From: Eledone cirrhosa
Lineage: Eukaryota
NCBI GenBank assembly: GCA_964016885.1
Contig: OZ024757.1
Coordinates: 27,528,001 to 27,592,000 of the forward strand
Reading direction: 5' to 3'
Length of the DNA: 64,000 nucleotides
Shown here: positions 49,058 through 62,524 of the stretch, piece by piece
Position numbering within the stretch: the stretch's first letter is position 1
Layout of the letters: each line of letters starts with the position of its first letter
The notes under the pieces: generated by a model
What the model was told of the DNA's origin: nothing
Databases searched by the model: none
The model's input: only the letters and a program-made list of their open reading frames with translations
Translations under genes and position numbers: made by a program

Positions 49058-49183
49058 ATATTCATTTTATTAAGGCTGAATCCTGAGTGTACTCTGGAGT
49101 TTTGCCTGTTTATCACAGGCTCATTAGACAAGGTTTAATGACCCTGTGATAAACTCGTTCTTCAGCCTTAATAAAATGAATAT
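49058..49183. mobile_element. Fold-back element with degenerate hammerhead
   Basis: 23-bp perfect inverted ends ATATTCATTTTATTAAGGCTGAA / TTCAGCCTTAATAAAATGAATAT next to (TA)n. The - strand reads CTAATGA-GCCTGT-gataa-ACAGGC-AAAA-CTC-ca-GAG-TA. Confidence 0.65.
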
Positions 49184-49405
49184 ATATATTTATATATATA
49201 TATATATGCATGCTGAGATACACTATCCACCTATATATATATATATCATCATCATTTCACGACCATTTTCCACACTAGCATGGGTTATATATATATATAC
49301 ACACACATACACTATCACCTATATATGTGTATATATATATATATATACACACATACACACACATACACACATTAACTTCTAAGCCTATCCTATTCTCTAT
49401 TGCAG

Positions 49406-49474
49406 TCTCCTGCTAACCTTAGCGGCAAGATTATGAAAGGAGATGAAGTGATTCAAGTTAACAATCAGACAGTG
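49406..49474 (+). CDS. CNKSR2: CNK exon 7 (PDZ)
   Basis: TGCAG acceptor, SPANLSGKIMKGDEVIQVNNQTV, GTAAGT donor. 69 nt. Confidence 0.95.
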
Positions 49475-51712
49475 GTAAGTTAACACTAATTAATTAATTA
49501 ATATATTTATTAAATACATGACTAAAGTGAACAAATCTGCCACAGGTCTTGTTCTTCATCCAATCTTTGTTGCTGCTCAGAATAAATATTGAAATTTTAA
49601 TATTCTCATTGGTTATCTACATGTTAAATGCACTTTGTACTCACTGTAAAGTAGTTGATGCTAGAAACGGCTTCAACCATAGAAAGCTTGCCAAATTATG
49701 GGTCATAAGGACCCTCCCATTGTGTCAAAAACATGACAACTGCCTTAATTTTGGTAATTTACACAATAAACACACCTAGTTCACTGGGTTGGTAATAGAA
49801 AGGTCATCCAGCCATTGAAAACCTGCCACACAAAGGGTTGGGAAGACTCTTCAGATGTGTCAAAGACATGACAATGTCCCTGGTGCTGGTGCCATGATAA
49901 AATGCTCTCAGTAGAGCATGGTAATGTATATGAGATCTATGCCTTCAGCCCATCTGTGAGGTGAGTAGACCTACTTGAGTACTGAGTTTGTCTGTGAAGG
50001 CCTGTCCAACACATGCTAGTAGGGAAGACAGACGTTACATGATTATGATGATTCAAATTCATCTTGGCTTGTTTTCTATTTTTTGTTTTGGAGGGGGGGG
50101 GGGGAGACGAAAATTGATTATGTAAGTATCAGTAATATACTACTGTGGTGTTATTTCACTATATACTTTTTCTTAACTAATGAATGAGATGGTAGCTTGT
50201 ATGTAATTGTTCATCATACAAAAAAATATACGCCAAATCTTTCTAAGATTACACACACATTACACATTTTAAAAGAAATGAAAGACATATTACATATACT
50301 ATGTCAGAATAATAGACTGGATTTTCATTACTGGAACATATCTAATCATAGTTTTGCTGGATCATGTCTGACCTGGGGCTAAACAATGACAACAATGTAT
50401 TCTCAGTTAATAGACACTTGAATTTAAGATACGAAGGGCCATAACTCTCAGGAGTATGTAAACGTTAAAAAACAAGAAGTTTATTAAAGCAAGTGAGATC
50501 TTTGCATGTTAATTTTAAAACAACTTTCGTAGAGTCATGCGCCATGGATTGGCAGAGTTGTCTGAGTCACCACCATCATCATTATTTAACGTTCACTTGC
50601 CCTGCTAGCAAGGGTTGGATGGGTCTACATAGACAAAGTCAGTACAGAAGTGGGGCTACTGACATTCCAAACAGGCTGAGGGGACTGTATCCTGCTTATG
50701 TACAGTCATATCGAGTGCAGAGGAGAAGTTGCAGTATCTTTTGACACAAACTGAAGGATCTGTTTCACCATGTAGAAAAAATGGCAAAGGCATTGCTGCA
50801 GACTACAGCCAGCCACACCTACTGCATCAGCCACTCAATCTCAAGGGGCTATATCCTTCAGGTGAGATAGATGCACTCAGGATCCCAATTTTGTGGAAGA
50901 AAATGGCATTTCGTGGACCAAAAACACTAGAGATCTCAACAGTGACCGGCAGGAAAAGGAAGCAGTTGGTCAATTTCCAGTATTTGGATATCTATGCATG
51001 TTGTCCATTAATTGTGGTAGAGTCATCATGTATTGCCCATTAATCAAGAATTTGTAGGGATTTAGTAATTTAACTTTCTTATTATTAACCCTTTAGCATT
51101 TAAACCAACTGTATCTGACCAGAATTCTCTCACCTCTTTCTGTTAAAACCGGCTGTAACCGGTGTTACATACCTTAACATACATGTTGAGATATTGTTAT
51201 CAAAATAAATAATAGCAAAATCTCATAGATTTTATATTATGTGAGTTAAAACCTTCATCATGAAAATAAAATAGTATATATATATAGAGCTTGCAAGCAG
51301 GGAAAAGCGGACGTAAAATGATGATGATGAAAGTAATGCAAATGCTAAAGGGTTTAGCTAGTGTTTGAAAACATAGCTTAAAAAATATTGTTACATAAAT
51401 TTATCATTGATGGTTTAGATTTCAATATAAACACTTTAAAACAAACGGTTTTGTATCACGAGAATACCAAATAAGGAAATATGTAGCTAACTGAAGGGGT
51501 TAGCAGGACACCAATTAACCCTTTTGATACCAAAGCATCCCTTGTTCTATCATACAATACATAAAAGTTAACCATTTCTTAACACTTTCTATAATAGCCA
51601 TTGCCTCCTGTTCAATTGATGAAAGATTTTATTCAGGCTGTGAAATAATATTTCACCCTTTCATGTCTATACCTCAGAAATTCTAACAGTCCACATCTTT
51701 CCTTGTTTTCAG

Positions 51713-51972
51713 GTTGGCTGGCAATTAAGAAAACTTGTTTCAAACGTCAAAGAGAAACCTAAAGAAGTTGTTCTCTTACTGAAGAAACGCCCTCACCACA
51801 CAAATCCATTTGGACACATACCTAACCGACGCAAGATCTCAAATAAACAACAGACCTCTACTCTGCCCAAATCGTTGAAGAAACGGCGATGTCGTGACGA
51901 AGAAAAACCGTCCAGGGCATCTTTTCAGGAATATCTTTCGTCGAATGTTACTCCAGATTTTGACACAAACAA
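51713..51972 (+). CDS. CNKSR2: CNK exon 8 (end of PDZ and linker); gene is incomplete here
   Basis: TTCAG acceptor, VGWQLRKLVSNVKEKPKEVVLLLKKRP...PDFDTN+AA, GTGAGC donor. 260 nt, phase 0 to 2. No PH-domain exon was recognised downstream in this window. Confidence 0.9.
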
Positions 51973-52607
51973 GTGAGCTTCTTGTTTCTTGATTTTATTT
52001 TTATTTCTTGTCTGTACACTTGTTGGTAAGCTAGTTGTAAAGGAAGGGGTTCTAGAATCACCTTTTATAGAATATGATGCCGTCTCTCTCTGGTTTTGTA
52101 TTGAGGTGGTGCTAGTGCCATGATAAAATTCACCTCGTCTGCTCTGTAAAGTGGTAGTGCTGGTGCCACAATGAAAATCATCCAGTCCATCCTGTAAATT
52201 GATAATGCTGGGGCCATGATAAAATACACCTAGTCCACCCTGTAAAGGGTTAGTGCTGGTGTCACACCAAAAAACATTCAGATCACCCTGTAAGCTGGTA
52301 GTGCCAGTATCACAATACGATGCTCCCAGTTCACATTGTAAAGTGGTTGTTGATAGGATGGGTATCAAGCCATAGAAACCAAGCCAAAACCAGAGTGTAT
52401 ATAAGTGAGACATGCCCCTCCACCAGCTCCTGGTACTGGTTTGAATCAGGCTACTGCCAAACTGAGACAATACTTTGAAGAGATTTTCATCAATCATATT
52501 GAACCCTGTGGTATTTTTTAAAAGTCTGGTACTTATTTTATTGATCCTAATTTGTCAAACTGTTAAGTTGCAAGAATCAAACAAACAGTGAGCATAAACA
52601 CTGACAG

Positions 52608-52638
<31 letters not shown>

Positions 52639-53629
52639 TATATATATGGTCCCTTAACTCCTGAGGGAGTCATAGGGTCGCTGCATTGACATACACTGGG
52701 CATTCTTTTTCTTTTTTTTAAACCTGGCTGAGCCCATCTCCTCTCCAGAACTGAATACAACAAATTTCCTCCAGAGAAAGAGAGAGAGTGACAGTATGGA
52801 AATGAGGCAGAGATATAAAGGAAAAATTGACCCCAGTACTAGACTGGTACTCTGTAATGTGGTGCCACAATAAGACATACCCAGTGCACTCTGTTAAGTT
52901 GTAATGTTAGTGCTACAATAAAATGTACCTGTAAGTTGCTAGTGCTGGCATCACAAAAGGCAACCATTCCACCCTGTAAGGTGGTAGTGCTGGTGCCATG
53001 ATGAAAATCTCCCACTCCATCCTGTAAGGTGGTAGTTCTGGTGCAATGACGACAGCCCCACCACTTTACATGATGGATCTTGTCAGGGGGTGGTGCTGGA
53101 GACCGGATAAAATTCTCCCAGTACACGCCTTGAAGTGATTAGCATTGGAAGAGCAACTAGCCATAAAAAACATGCTCCCAGTACACCCTGTAATGTGGTT
53201 GACATCAGGAAAGGCACAAAGCTGTGGAAACCAAACAAAAAAATGGAGCATTCGAGCAGGACATAGCCAATTGACGAATCTAGCCTCAGTATGTGACAAC
53301 CTGTCTAACCCATGCAAGCATGGAAAACAGTGATGATAATGATGATGATGATTCAGTTATGTAAGAAATTATTATTTTCCTGTTGTCTTTGATTAGTTCC
53401 AAGATAAAAGACATTCCTAATAATGGAAGTATTTGTATCATGTGTGTTTTGTTTAGAGCCAAATAATTCCTCTGCCTCTCACTCAACATCTCCAATCTCA
53501 ATGGAATGCCTGATGCGTTAACATCAGAACATCTATCTTCTTTTCTCACGAGGCAATCCTAACAAGGCCACTGCCAAACATGAAGATGGGTGCACAAGTC
53601 TGCGTCAGTGTGTCGGGGCTGATGGCAGC

Positions 53630-53775
53630 GGTGGTGGTTGTTGTTGTGGTGATGATGGTAATGGTTGTGGTGATAGGGATTGTGATGATGATGGTGGTGG
53701 TGGTGGTGGTGGTGGTGGTGGTTGTCATTATAATGGTGATGGTTGTTGTTGTGATGATGATGGTAATGGTTGTGG

Positions 53776-53809
<34 letters not shown>

Positions 53810-54160
53810 GGTTGTCATTATAATGGTGGTGGTTGTTGTTGTGATGATGATGGTAATGGTTGTGGTGATAGGGATTGTGATGATGATGGTAATGGTGGTG
53901 GTAGTTGTGGTTGTGATAATAGTAGTGGTGGTAGTTATAGTTGTGATGGATGGTAGTACTGTTGGTACTGATACACGTGATTGTGATGATGGTGGTGGAA
54001 CATATGATGGTGATGGTGATGGTGGTATTGTTTGTGATGATGATATTGTTAGTGGTAGTAGTAGTGATGATAGTGGTGGTGATAATTGCAGTGGTAGTGC
54101 TGCTGGTGGTGATGATGATGGTGGTGGTGGTAAAGATGATGATAGCAGTGGCAGTGGTAA
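53630..54160. repeat. GGT/GAT/GTT compound trinucleotide repeat
   Basis: Low-complexity tract with internal duplications; produces spurious Val/Met and His/Thr ORFs. Confidence 0.9.
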
Positions 54161-55251
54161 AGAGGAATGGGTGCAGTTGATTAAACAATTTTGCAATTAA
54201 ACTGCAATGAGGGCTGGGACTGCCCCAGGGGAAAATGATAGATGAGTTGGTGGGTGTTTGAAAGAATGCCAATGATGAAGGCTTTTTTTTAAATTTCACT
54301 TTACAGAAGGGTGTTGGGGGATGGTTTTAATTTAGGGTTGTATAGGAAGAAGGATTGTCCCTATGGCTTTTCTACACCCATCTAGACTGTTGGTATTGTT
54401 AACTCCAGGTCAACCTGACCATAATTGAGAAGACTTATGATCAAAGATATTGGAATGAGCCATGACCATCCTATCTTTATGTTTTCAGGCATAGTGTCAT
54501 AGGTGAAACCAAGCCTGTGCAATGCTGGTAATAGACCTATGTCTAATGTAGTTCCATTAAAAAGCAACAGGCCCAAGTCAAACGTGAAATGTAAGCCCAT
54601 TGTGAAACTAGTAGTTGTCCCAAGCCAAATGTGTAATGTAAGAGGTCCTATTTTTCAAGGTTCTCATTATGTATTTTATTTATCTGTGCTAAATCGTCAT
54701 CATCATCACCACTATCGCCACAATCACTACCATCATCACAAACACGACAAAAATAAACACCATCATCACAATCACCACCACTATCATCATCATCATTAGC
54801 ATCGCCATAATCACTATCATCATCTCAAACACTACAAAAACCAACACCATCATCACAACCAGTACCAGATGGCCACAATCCACCTCCTCCTCCTTTGCAG
54901 CTTTCATAATCAATTGTGGTCCTTTGGCCAGTGGTGGGGAGTGACCCCTTAGGTTTAATTTGAACTCAGAATGCAAAGTGCCAGGACACATACCAAAAGG
55001 AATCTCATCTGACATTCTAACAATTCTACCAATCCAACACCATGGACTGGTGCTATATTTTATTGACCCCGAAAGAATGAGATGTAAAGTTGTCCTTGGT
55101 TGGATTTTCACAGAGGGGAGGAACAAATAGCCAAACGACTTTGTTAATTTGCCTCATGCGCTAAGATGAATGGGCCTGTTATTTTTATTTAAAGACATTT
55201 TTTCCAATTCCATCCCGCCCGTCCCCTCAATCTATCTTATTTCTCATTCTT

Positions 55252-55287
55252 TCTTCTGATGAAGGACTAGCATCCAAAACGTTAAGA
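55252..55287 (+). ncRNA. Minimal type I hammerhead motif, probably inactivated (G12 to A)
   Basis: TCTT-CTGATGA-a-GGA-ctagca-TCC-AAAAC-GT-T-AAGA: stem I TCTT/AAGA and stem II GGA/TCC, but AAAAC in place of GAAAC. Homologous decayed copy at about 44200-44300. Confidence 0.6.
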
Positions 55288-55372
55288 CCCTCTTCCTGCT
55301 ATATCAAGCGTTAACCTAATATATACCTTCCATATACTGTACCGATTGTGTTGTTATTTCTGTTTACTTTTT

Positions 55373-55413
<41 letters not shown>

Positions 55414-55423
55414 AAGTTATATT

Positions 55424-55457
<34 letters not shown>

Positions 55458-55528
55458 AATATATATATATATTTTGTTTCTGAATTTGTTTAGCAAGATT
55501 CTTTATCTGAAAACGTGTGTTGAAACCG

Positions 55529-55951
55529 ATATTGTTATACTTTGGGAGGGCCATGTTGCCAATAAGAAACACACGCACCAGTTGCTTTCACTCCAATTTA
55601 TACATTTCCGGTTGGTTCGTTGGTTCCACAACCGGACGGTTGTTCATATATTGTCAAAGTTCTTTCGTCACACATTCTGTGACCTCTTCAGTGACTGGGG
55701 ATTCTTTTCTTTGTTTTTGTGCCTCTCCTTTGTTCTGTCCTACGCCACACAAAAACAAGATGGCGTAGGACAGAACAAAGGAGAGGCACAAAAACAAAGA
55801 GGTCACAGAATGTGTGATGAAAGAACTTTGACAATATATGAACAACCGTCCGGTTGTGGAACCAACCAACCGGAAATTTATAATAAATTGGAGTGAAAGC
55901 AACTGGTGCGTGTGTTTCTTATTGGCAACATGGCCCTCCCAAAGTATAACA

Positions 55952-55955
<4 letters not shown>
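55529..55955. mobile_element. 427-bp fold-back element between (TA)n tracts (inverted Penelope-like pLTR or retrozyme-like)
   Basis: Near-perfect inverted arms of about 200 bp around a 13-nt loop (55748-55760). The right arm lacks 23 nt present in the left arm. Confidence 0.85.
55653..55695 (-). ncRNA. Minimal type I hammerhead ribozyme, core apparently intact
   Basis: The - strand reads GTCA-CTGAAGA-g-GTCACA-gaatg-TGTGAC-GAAA-G-aa-C-T-T-TGAC: stem I GTCA/TGAC, 6-bp stem II, CUGANGA and GAAA core, very short stem III and a CUU cleavage triplet. Confidence 0.72.
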
Positions 55956-55986
<31 letters not shown>

Positions 55987-56954
55987 TATAAAACAGTTGA
56001 TTGACATTTTCTTAACAAGTAGGGTTGGGCTCGTTAAATTGGACGAGAAAAATACCTTAACATCAGTATGTGTGGCTAGTTATGGCTGGTTTTAACAGAA
56101 AGAGGTGAGAGAAATCTGGCCAGATATGGCCAGTTTAAATGCTAAAGGGTTAACCAAACAACCACACCTGCATATTATGTTTTTTAACAAAGTATTTATA
56201 ATTTTGAACATAACTCCACAGACTATGTTTATGGACTCCCAGATTGAGAATCATTGAGAATCTTTCTTAATAGTTTGAATGGTTAGAATATCTGACTTTA
56301 TTTAGACGGCCATTAATCTCACGCTATCCTCTCTCTATATATAATATCTTTTGTCTTTCTTTTCCAGCTCTACTTTCTTTCTCTGTCTCCCTCCCTCTCA
56401 CATATACACAACTTCTTTCCCATTATTATAGCTATGAGGACATATTCATATATGAATGTTGTGATGGTTTATGTATGTGTGTGTATATGTACATGTGTGT
56501 GTGTCTGTACATGTGTGTGTCTATACGTACATGTGTGTATATGAACATGTGTGTGTGTATATGTACATGTGTGTGTATGTCTGTACATGTGTGTGTATAT
56601 GTACATGTGTGTGTGTGTATGTATGTATGTATGTATGTATATGCACATGTGTCCTCTATAGAATATGTACAGATACAAATGGTTATTAGTTCCGGATGTA
56701 GTAATCGGTATTGTTATTTGTGTGTAGGTGTGGTCGACTGTGTGTGTCATATATATGTGTGTGTCTGTGTCAGTGATTTATTTAAATATCAGTGTATGTG
56801 TGTCTGTTATTTGTGTGTGTGTGTGTGTGTGTGCTTGTGCAAATTAGAAAATTTACAGACAGGAGTGATGCATGACTCAGATTGGGTATGTTGGCTCAAA
56901 TCCTGATTAGTAGCACTTGAATGGTGAAAATAACTCTACATGTGTGTATATATG

Positions 56955-57014
<60 letters not shown>

Positions 57015-57970
57015 CATCATCATCATTTCATTTTACGTCCGCTTTTTCCCTGCTTGCAAGGGTGAGACATATATATATATATATGTGTGTGTGTGTGTTT
57101 GTGTATATAGGTATGTATATACATAACACATATTTATATATGGAGGCACATGGCTTGGTGGTTAGAGCATTGGCCTTGCAATCGAAAGGTTGTGAGTTCA
57201 ATTCTCAGACCGGGTGATGTGTTGTTTCCTTGAGCAACACACTTTATTTCACATTGCTCCAGTTTACTCAGCTGTAGAAATGAGACGATAGGGACTGGGG
57301 TCCCTATCATTCCACTGTAAAGTGGTCGTGGATGTGCCATGGGAATAAAGCACCCAGCCTGCACTGTAAAAGTGGACGTGGAGGCGCCACGGAAAAAAGC
57401 CCCAGCACTTACTGTAAATGAGGTTGGTGTTAGGAAGGGCATCTAGCTGTAGAAATCAAGCCAGAATCAGTTCCTGTCCCACCCTTGCAAGCAGGGAAAA
57501 GCGGACGTAAAATGATGATGATGATGATGATGATATATGTGTATATATGTGTGTGTATATATTATATATGTGTGTGTGTGTGTATATATATGTATGTATG
57601 GGTGTATATGTACATGTGTGTATATGTATATATGTATGTATGGGTGTATATGTGCATGTGTATAACTATATGCATGCATGTGTGTGTGTCATTATGACCA
57701 CTATTGTTTGTACATCCACCTTTCATCTATTGGATATGATTAATGTGTTTATATATATATATATATATATGTGTGTCATCATCATCACTGTGTAATATCC
57801 AGTTTTCCATGTTAGCATGGGTTAGACAAGTTGTCCCTTTGTTAGACAAATCAGATCGAATGACTGTGACTTGCTCTTGTTTCTGACTTGATTTCTACAA
57901 CTTGATGCCCTTTGTAATGGCAACCACATTTACTGAGTTGACTCGGTGTTTTTTATAGTGGCACTAAATT

Positions 57971-59758
57971 GACCACTTTACAGTGTGGACTGGCCAGTGT
58001 TTGTCATGGCATCACAACGACCACTTTACAGTGTGGACTGGCCAGTGTTTGTCATGGCACCACAACAACCACTTTACAGTGTGGACTGGCCAGTGTTTGT
58101 CATGGCATCACAACGACCACTTTACAGTGTGGACTGGCCAGTTTTTGTCATGGCACCACAACAACCACTTTACAGTGTGGACTGGCCAGTGTTTGTCATG
58201 GCATCACAACGACCACTTTACAGTGTGGACTGGCCAGTGTTTGTCATGGCACCACAACAACCACTTTACAGTGTGGACTGGCCAGTTTTTGTCATGGCAT
58301 CACAACGACCACTTTACAGTGTGGACTGGCCAGTGTTTGTCATGGCATCACAACGACCACTTTACAGTGTGGACTGGCCAGTGTTTGTCATGGCATCACA
58401 ACGACCACTTTACAGTGTGGACTGGCCAGTGTTTGTCATGGCATCACAACGACCACTTTACAGTGTGGACTGGCCAGTGTTTGTCATGGCATCACAACGA
58501 CCACTTTACAGTGTGGACTGGCCAGTGTTTGTCATGGCACCACAACAACCACTTTACAGTGTGGACTGGCCAGTGTTTGTCATGGCACCACAACGACCAC
58601 TTTACAGTGTGGACTGGCCAGTGTTTGTCATGGCACCACAACAACCACTTTACAGTGTGGACTGGCCAGTGTTTGTCATGGCATCACAACGACCACTTTA
58701 CAGTGTGGACTGGCCAGTGTTTGTCATGGCATCACAACGACCACTTTACAGTGTGGACTGGCCAGTGTTTGTCATGGCATCACAACGACCACTTTACAGT
58801 GTGGACTGGCCAGTGTTTGTCATGGCATCACAACGACCACTTTACAGTGTGGACTGGCCAGTGTTTGTCATGGCATCACAACAACCACTTTACAGTGTGG
58901 ACTGGCCAGTGTTTGTCATGGCATCACAACGACCACTTTACAGTGTGGACTGAGCCCTTTTTGTCATGGCCCCACAACGACCACTTTACAGTGTGGACTG
59001 GGCCCTTTTTTTCATGGCACCACAACAACCACTTTAGTGTGGACTGGGCCCTTTTTGTCATGGCACCACAACAACCACTTTACAGTGTGGACTGGGCCCT
59101 TTTTGTCATGGCACCACAACAACCACTTTACAGTGTGGACTGGCCAGTGTTTGTCATGGCATCACAACAACCACTTTACAGTGTGGACTGGGCCCTTTTT
59201 GTCATGGCACCACAACAACCACTTTACAGTGTGGACTGGCCAGTGTTTGTCATGGCATCACAACAACCACTTTACAGTGTGGACTGGGCCCTTTTTGTCA
59301 TGGCACCACAACAACCACTTTACAGTGTGGACTGGCCAGTGTTTGTCATGGCATCACAACAACCACTTTACAATGTGGACTGGGCCCTTTTTGTCATGGC
59401 ACCACAACAACCACTTTACAGTGTGGACTGGCCAGTGTTTGTCATGGCATCACAACAACCACTTTACAGTGTGGACTGGGCCCTTTTTGTCATGGCACCA
59501 CAACAACCACTTTACAGTGTGGACTGGCCAGTGTTTGTCATGGCATCACAACAACCACTTTACAGTGTGGACTGGGCCCTTTTTGTCATGGCACCACAAC
59601 AACCACTTTACAGTGTGGACTGGCCAGTGTTTGTCATGGCATCACAACAACCACTTTACAGTGTGGACTGGGCCCTTTTTGTCATGGCACCACAACAACC
59701 ACTTTACAGTGTGGACTGGACCTTTTTGTCATGGGATCACAACAACCACTTTACAGTG
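57971..59758. repeat. 48-bp minisatellite, about 37 copies
   Basis: Unit ACCACTTTACAGTGTGGACTGGCCAGTGTTTGTCATGGCATCACAACG. A variant with GGGCCCTTTTT appears from about 58950. Confidence 0.95.
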
Positions 59759-59914
59759 TGTGTATGTGTGTGTAGTGCAAATGTTTTAAAGTATTGCAAT
59801 TTCCTTGTGTCAGTTATGTTCTGTGATTGGGTGGCTGGGTTCATAAGGTGTAGTGGTACCTAACATGAGATAACGGCATATAATACAGCAACAACAACAA
59901 CAATGGTTTGCATC

Positions 59915-62410
59915 ACCACCAACACCACAACAACACCACCATCACAACCAACACCACCAACATTAACAATAATACCAACAATATCACCAACACACTAATA
60001 TTATCAACACCACCATTACCACCACCATAATTGCCACCACCAACAACAACCTCACCAACACCACCAACAACTACATCACCAACCCCAACCTCACCAACAC
60101 CACCAACCCCAACCTCACCAACAACTACATCACCAACCCCAACCTCACCAACAACTACATCACCAACACCACCAACAACTACATCACCAACACCAACACC
60201 ACCAACAACTACATCACCAACACCACCAACACCAACCTCACCAACAACTACATCACCAACCCCAACCTCACCAACAACTACATCACCAACACCACCAACA
60301 ACTACATCACCAACACCAACCTCACCAACAACTACATCACCAACACCACCAACCCCAACCTCACCAACACCACCAACAACTACATCACCAACACCAACAC
60401 CACCAACAACTACATCACCAACACCAACCTCACCAACAACTACATCACCAACACCACCAACCCCAACCTCACCAACACCACCAACAACTACATCACCAAC
60501 ACCACCAACAACTACATCACCAACACCACCAACACCAACCTCACCAACAACTACATCACCAACACCAACCTCACCAACAACTACATCACCAACACCACCA
60601 ACCCCAACCTCACCAACACCACCAACAACTACATCACCAACAACTACATCACCAACACCAACCTCACCAACAACTACATCACCAACACCACCAACCCCAA
60701 CCTCACCAACACCACCAACAACTACATCACCAACACCACCAACAACTACATCACCAACACCAACCTCACCAACAACTACATCACCAACACCAACCTCACC
60801 AACAACTACATCACCAACACCACCAACCCCAACCTCACCAACACCACCAACAACTACATCACCAACACCACCAACAACTACATCACCAACCCCAACCTCA
60901 CCAACAACTACATCACCAACCTCACCAACAACTACATCACCAACACCACCAACCCCAACCTCACCAATACCACCAACAACTACATCACCAACACCAACCT
61001 CACCAACAACTACATCACCAACACCACCAACAACTACATCACCAACACCACCAACAACTACATCACCAACACCAACCTCACCAACAACTACATCACCAAC
61101 ACCACCAACAACTACATCACCAACACCACCAACAACTACATCACCAACACCAACCTCACCAACAACTACATCACCAACACCACCAACAACTACATCACCA
61201 ACAACTACATCACCAACACCACCAACAACTACATCACCAACACCAACCTCACCAACAACTACATCACCAACCTCACCAACAACTACATCACCAACAACTA
61301 CATCACCAACACCACCAACCCCAACCTCACCAACACCACCAACAACTACATCACCAACACCACCAACAACTACATCACCAACACCAACCTCACCAACAAC
61401 TACATCACCAACACCACCAACAACTACATCACCAACAACTACATCACCAACACCAACCTCACCAACAACTACATCACCAACACCACCAACAACTACATCA
61501 CCAACACCACCAACAACTACATCACCAACACCACCAACAACTACATCACCAACACCACCAACAACTACATCACCAACCTCACCAACAACTACATCACCAA
61601 CACCACCAACAACTACATCACCAACACCACCAACAACTACATCACCAACACCACCAACAACTACATCACCAACACCAACCTCACCAACAACTACATCACC
61701 AACACCACCAACAACTACATCACCAACACCACCAACAACTACATCACCAACACCACCAACAACTACATCACCAACACCACCAACAACTACATCACCAACC
61801 TCACCAACAACTACATCACCAACACCACCAACAACTACATCACCAACACCACCAACAACTACATCACCAACACCACCAACAACTACATCACCAACACCAA
61901 CCTCACCAACAACTACATCACCAACACCATCCTCACCAACACCACCAACAACTACATCACCAACATCTCCAACACCACTACCACCATCATCATTATCACT
62001 AACATCAACACCAACACTTCTACCAACACAACTACCATCACCATCACCACCAACAACACTATCTCTACCAACACCACTACCACGTCTACCAACACCACTA
62101 CCACGTCTACCAACACCACTACCAACTCTACCAACACCACTACCACGTCTACCAGCACCACTACCACGTCTACCAACACCACTACCACGTCTACCAACAC
62201 CACTACCACGTCTACCAACACCACTACCACGTCTACCAACACCACTACCACCTCTACCAACACCACTACCACGTCTACCAACACCACTACCACGTCTACC
62301 AACACCACTACCACGTCTACCAACACCACTACCACCTCTACCAACACCACTACCACGTCTACCAACACCACTACCACCATCACCACCACCACCACCACCA
62401 ACAACAACTA
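59915..62410. repeat. ACC/AAC-rich minisatellite (12-21 bp units)
   Basis: Units ACAACTACATCACCAACACCACCA and ACACCAACCTCACCA, then 21-bp CCAACACCACTACCACGTCTA repeats. Confidence 0.92.
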
Positions 62411-62524
62411 TAAGAAGCCAAACTATGCTATACTCTATGTGTATATTCATTATATGGTGTATGATATCAGTGTGTATCAAATTTAAACATGTCATTACAG
62501 ATAGCAAGGAAAATAACAAGAATA

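Noticed and set aside
53546-54299. Long Thr/His/Val ORFs on both strands, and a possible CNK exon 9 at about 53552
   Set aside because: Trinucleotide repeat translations; the GAG acceptor is weak and the peptide has no CNK similarity.
57142-57215. tRNA-like sequence with A and B boxes
   Set aside because: It is the head of a SINE that continues into the SINE core. The same applies to the other SINE heads, so no tRNA gene is called.
57969-59863. CRISPR-like array or 600-aa repeat proteins in three frames
   Set aside because: Head-to-tail 48-bp units with no unique spacers and no cas genes, in a eukaryotic context. Frames are open because the unit lacks stop codons, and a 2-bp deletion near 59035 switches frames freely.
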